From assembly GCA_010093745.1 (NCBI GenBank), contig MU005959.1, positions 477,647 to 497,646 on the forward strand: a DNA stretch of 20,000 nt, read 5' to 3'. Numbering within the stretch: the first letter of the stretch is position 1; each line of letters starts with the position of its first letter. Positions 17,089 through 20,000 of this stretch are shown one piece after another. Source of the stretch: Piedraia hortae CBS 480.64 (Eukaryota). Both the position numbers and the translations under genes were made by a program. The notes below the pieces were generated by a model. It saw only the letters and a list, made by a program, of their open reading frames with translations, was not told the DNA's origin and ran no database searches.

Positions 17089-20000
17089 TCATCTGTCCTC
17101 TGTTGAAGAATCTCCATTTGACTGGCTTACTTCTGGAGGGCCTTCTTCCTCTGAATAGGTCGTTTCTGAAGGACCCTCCTCAGCGTCACTATCGTCGTCC
17201 CGGAGTGGCCGAAATGGAGGGTCCTCAATCCATCTTTCCGCACAGTAACAATATTGCTGAAGCTCTCTTACTTTGGCAAGCCACTCGCTTTTGAACCTTA
17301 TGACGGTCAATTTGTCCACATCAACCCCGAATACTATGCTATCCTCCCAGAAGGCATGGTATAGTAGTACGGGGTATGAGCTGGGGAACACGTCACAACC
17401 CCCGTAAGAAGCCCAGTTTTTCCGAATATTCCAGGGAGGGAAGGTTGTGCAAAAATTCGGCTTATAGACTGGAAATTCAGGGTAATGTGCTTCGAACCAC
17501 TGCCCTACGGAAGGTTCTACGTTCTGGCCGTCCTCCACGTGATTTTCGGAGAATGGCGCACGAACAACAGCCTGGCCATTTGGCCAGTAAAGATCAAAAT
17601 CAAGCGTTTCGATCTTCGCTCTCCACCTCCATGCAGTTCTCGTCCATTGCCCTGCTACTACGACTTTTCCTGCCGGTGAAAAGCTAACAGCAGGGGGGAA
17701 CATCAGTCCCAGGATGATGGACTTTAAGTCACCAGTGCGGGCATCCCAGACCCGAACGGCATGGTTCTGATCTGAGCCAGAGCTTAAAGTTGCAACACTG
17801 CATCCATCCTCTGAAAAGACGTTTTTGTCAACCCGTGTAAAGGGGTCCTCGTCAAAGTTAACATCCTCGTTGCATGTTGCAATTGCATCGTCTCGTGTAG
17901 AGCTTGATATATGATTGCCATCTTTTGCACTCCAAAGCCTCGCACTGCCATCTTTATCACCAGATGCAACCGTTGATCCATTCGGTGAAAACGTGACGGT
18001 TCTCAGCGCTGCAAGGTGCTCAGTGAATATGGACTCTTGATTTCCCGTTCTTGCATTCCAGACCCGCACGGTGCGATCGTCCGACCCTGACGCTATTCTG
18101 TCACCGTCTGGAGAGAATGCTAGAGCAGTTACCCACGAAGAGTGGCCCACCATCACCGACACTTGCACTGCTTGGTCTGTATCCCAAAGACGCACAGATT
18201 TATCATCAGAGCCCGTGGCCAGCTTTCGTCCATCAGGCGAAAGCTTCATGACGGTCACATAATCAGTGTGGCCCTCGAGCACCCTTCCTTGATGGGGTAC
18301 CTTCTCGATGTCAAGCAATTGCAGCGACACTCCCTTCATTCCGATAGCGATAGTATGGCCGTCGGCTAAAGCCGTCATGGCGGTTATCTCTGAAAGAAAT
18401 GCCTGGGACTGAAGGCGAGTCAATTCATCGCTCAAGTCGTGTATTACCAATTGGCCATCATACTGTCCGATCACCATCTTGTTACTGCCTGACGAGGATG
18501 CAATAGCACTAATCGTACGGCGCACATCACAGTTAAACCATTCACTCTCGCCCATGGCCAACAGGTCATAACCAGTTTCCTTCACAAATGATACGACCAA
18601 ACCCTCTCCCCTTGGTGTGAACGCCAGTTGTGAAGGACTTCCGCGGAGCTCACGCATTTCAGTTTGTGACCAAGTGTTTGTATCCCATACGCGTACTGTG
18701 CCATCTTCGTCCCCGGAGGCTAGACGGCTTCCGTCCGGTGAAAAAGCAAGACATTGTACATGGCTCGAACCGCCTGGTAGTACAGACATCTCCTCTCTCG
18801 ATTGTGTAGACCAGACTCTCACCGAATAATCGGACGATGTAAAGGCCAGCATCCCACCATCGGGCGAAAAGATGACTGGAGAGTGCTGCCCGACATTTTG
18901 ACTAATCCGAAAGCTCTCCTCGTTGGTCTTCACGTCATGGAGTACAATATGGTCTTCTGACTCCAAGGCAACAAGTTGTAGATTCTGCGTGATACCAACG
19001 ATCGAGTCTGGATGGGTTCTCTTCCCAAACAGGACTTGTTCAGACTTTGTCTTGACGTTTATCATTCGTACACAGTCGGAGGAGATCGATACCAACTCGT
19101 CTCCACTCGGCGTGAAGAATAGTTTTTGAATGTGGTCTTCATCTTCGTCGACACAGTATAGGTCTTCAGAGGTATCGAGGTCAACGTCCCACAGGCAAAC
19201 GTAGCCATTGTCCAAGCTTGCTGCGACTGTGTTCCCTGCTTCCGATATAGCCACGCTGGAGATACCAGCGATAAATGGTGGCGACAGAGCGAGAACATTC
19301 CAGCCCTCATTGGGTGTGACGCAAATGTCCGTAGAACGTTCAATTACGTGTTTGAAACGGGCTCTCAAGACGCTATTGGATGGTGAGCCGATCAATGCAT
19401 ACAAGTATGTTTGAAGCGGTAAGATGTTAATGGCGTTTGCAAAAGCCCGGATCCACTGCTTGGCATCGTCCAAGAAAACTTTCAAGTCATGGGTTTGGTG
19501 TTTCTGTTTAAACATCAGCTCTCCTGTACGCTAAAGCATGTGCAGAGCTTAACATACCGAGAAAGCGTGTGTCAGAACCTGGTTTAAGATGCCACATACT
19601 TCGTGCACTTCACCCAGCCAGCTCATGGTCTCAATCCAATGCAGGAAATGCGTCATCAGGAAGCCATCCAAGTTCTCAAGCTCTTTAGAGCCTGGGTTTG
19701 ATTGAATTAGATGGCTGGGCCAGTAGCGCGCTGCATACTCGACTGCTTCCGATATGTGCTCTCTGATCGTTTCCCGGCTGATGCGGCATCGCAAAGTTCC
19801 GGGACACATTGGACCACACATACCGCCCTCAATGGCGCCCCCGGACATTCCGCGATCAGTAAAGATACCGCGAAGGAGGTCCAGGCACTTGTCGAGCAGC
19901 AGCCGGTGGGTTTCTTCTTCATCGATCCCAAATTGGGCCCGGGCCTCGCCGTCCAGATCTACCAGAAATTCCCGAAACGACAGATGGTAGGGAATGATGG
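17089..20000 (-). CDS. HET-E/NWD-like NACHT-WD40 NLR (STAND) protein, C-terminal part; complement(join(17089..19503,19558..>19998))
   Basis: Frame is open from the right edge with post-NACHT motifs YHLSFREFLVD..FGIDEEETHRLLLDKCL, VEYAARYWPSHL and FLMTHFLHWIETMSWLG. Probable intron 19504-19557 (GTATGT..CTGAT..ACAG, 54 nt). Then FLDDAKQWI..INILPLQTYLYALIGSPSNSVLR and multiple WD40 repeats (LEGHTDYVTVMKLSPDGRKLATGSDDKSVRLWD; VGHSSWVTALAFSPDGDRIASGSDDRTVRVWN). The P-loop and N-terminal effector lie outside the window. Confidence 0.9.

Noticed and set aside
19531..19557. 27-nt mini-intron in the NLR using the TTTAG acceptor
   Set aside because: It is in frame but far shorter than all other introns here. 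The 54-nt alternative has a branch-like CTGAT and a CAG acceptor.
1..20000. Prokaryotic defence systems, CRISPR arrays, transposons, tRNA/rRNA, secondary-metabolite cluster
   Set aside because: The sequence is intron-containing fungal DNA. I saw no spaced direct repeats, terminal repeats, transposase or RT motifs, structural RNA signatures or PKS/NRPS genes.

Overview
Eukaryotic, filamentous-ascomycete (Pezizomycotina) DNA. It has spliceosomal GT-AG introns with CTRAY-type branch points and is very compact: introns in the intact genes are 44-56 nt and most intergenic gaps are under 400 nt. I reconstructed 12 loci by hand, left to right: (1) a 5'-truncated hypothetical protein; (2) a decayed SRPK/Sky1-like kinase pseudogene; (3) BUD13/CWC26; (4) a six-exon family III (CaiB/BaiF) CoA-transferase whose stop codon overlaps the BUD13 stop; (5) a Slk19/Alp7-type TACC coiled-coil protein; (6) a Vip1-like RRM protein with a tandem Cys-rich tail; (7) a TMEM135/PXMP4-like membrane protein; (8) Brr6/Brl1; (9) a DUF1349/Ree1-like protein with a possible signal peptide; (10) a three-exon Crd2-type metallothionein; (11) AP-2 alpha-adaptin; (12) the C-terminal part of a HET-E-like NACHT-WD40 NLR that runs off the right edge. 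I see no rRNA, tRNA, CRISPR array or transposon. Most of the window is ordinary housekeeping genes and I cannot demonstrate a new multi-gene system. The points most worth follow-up are the recurrent C-rich to G-rich strand-skew switches, two convergent gene pairs with almost no room for 3' UTRs, the two nearby Cys-rich modules sharing an exact 17-mer, and the NLR with degenerate repeats. All family calls come from motif recognition, not database searches.
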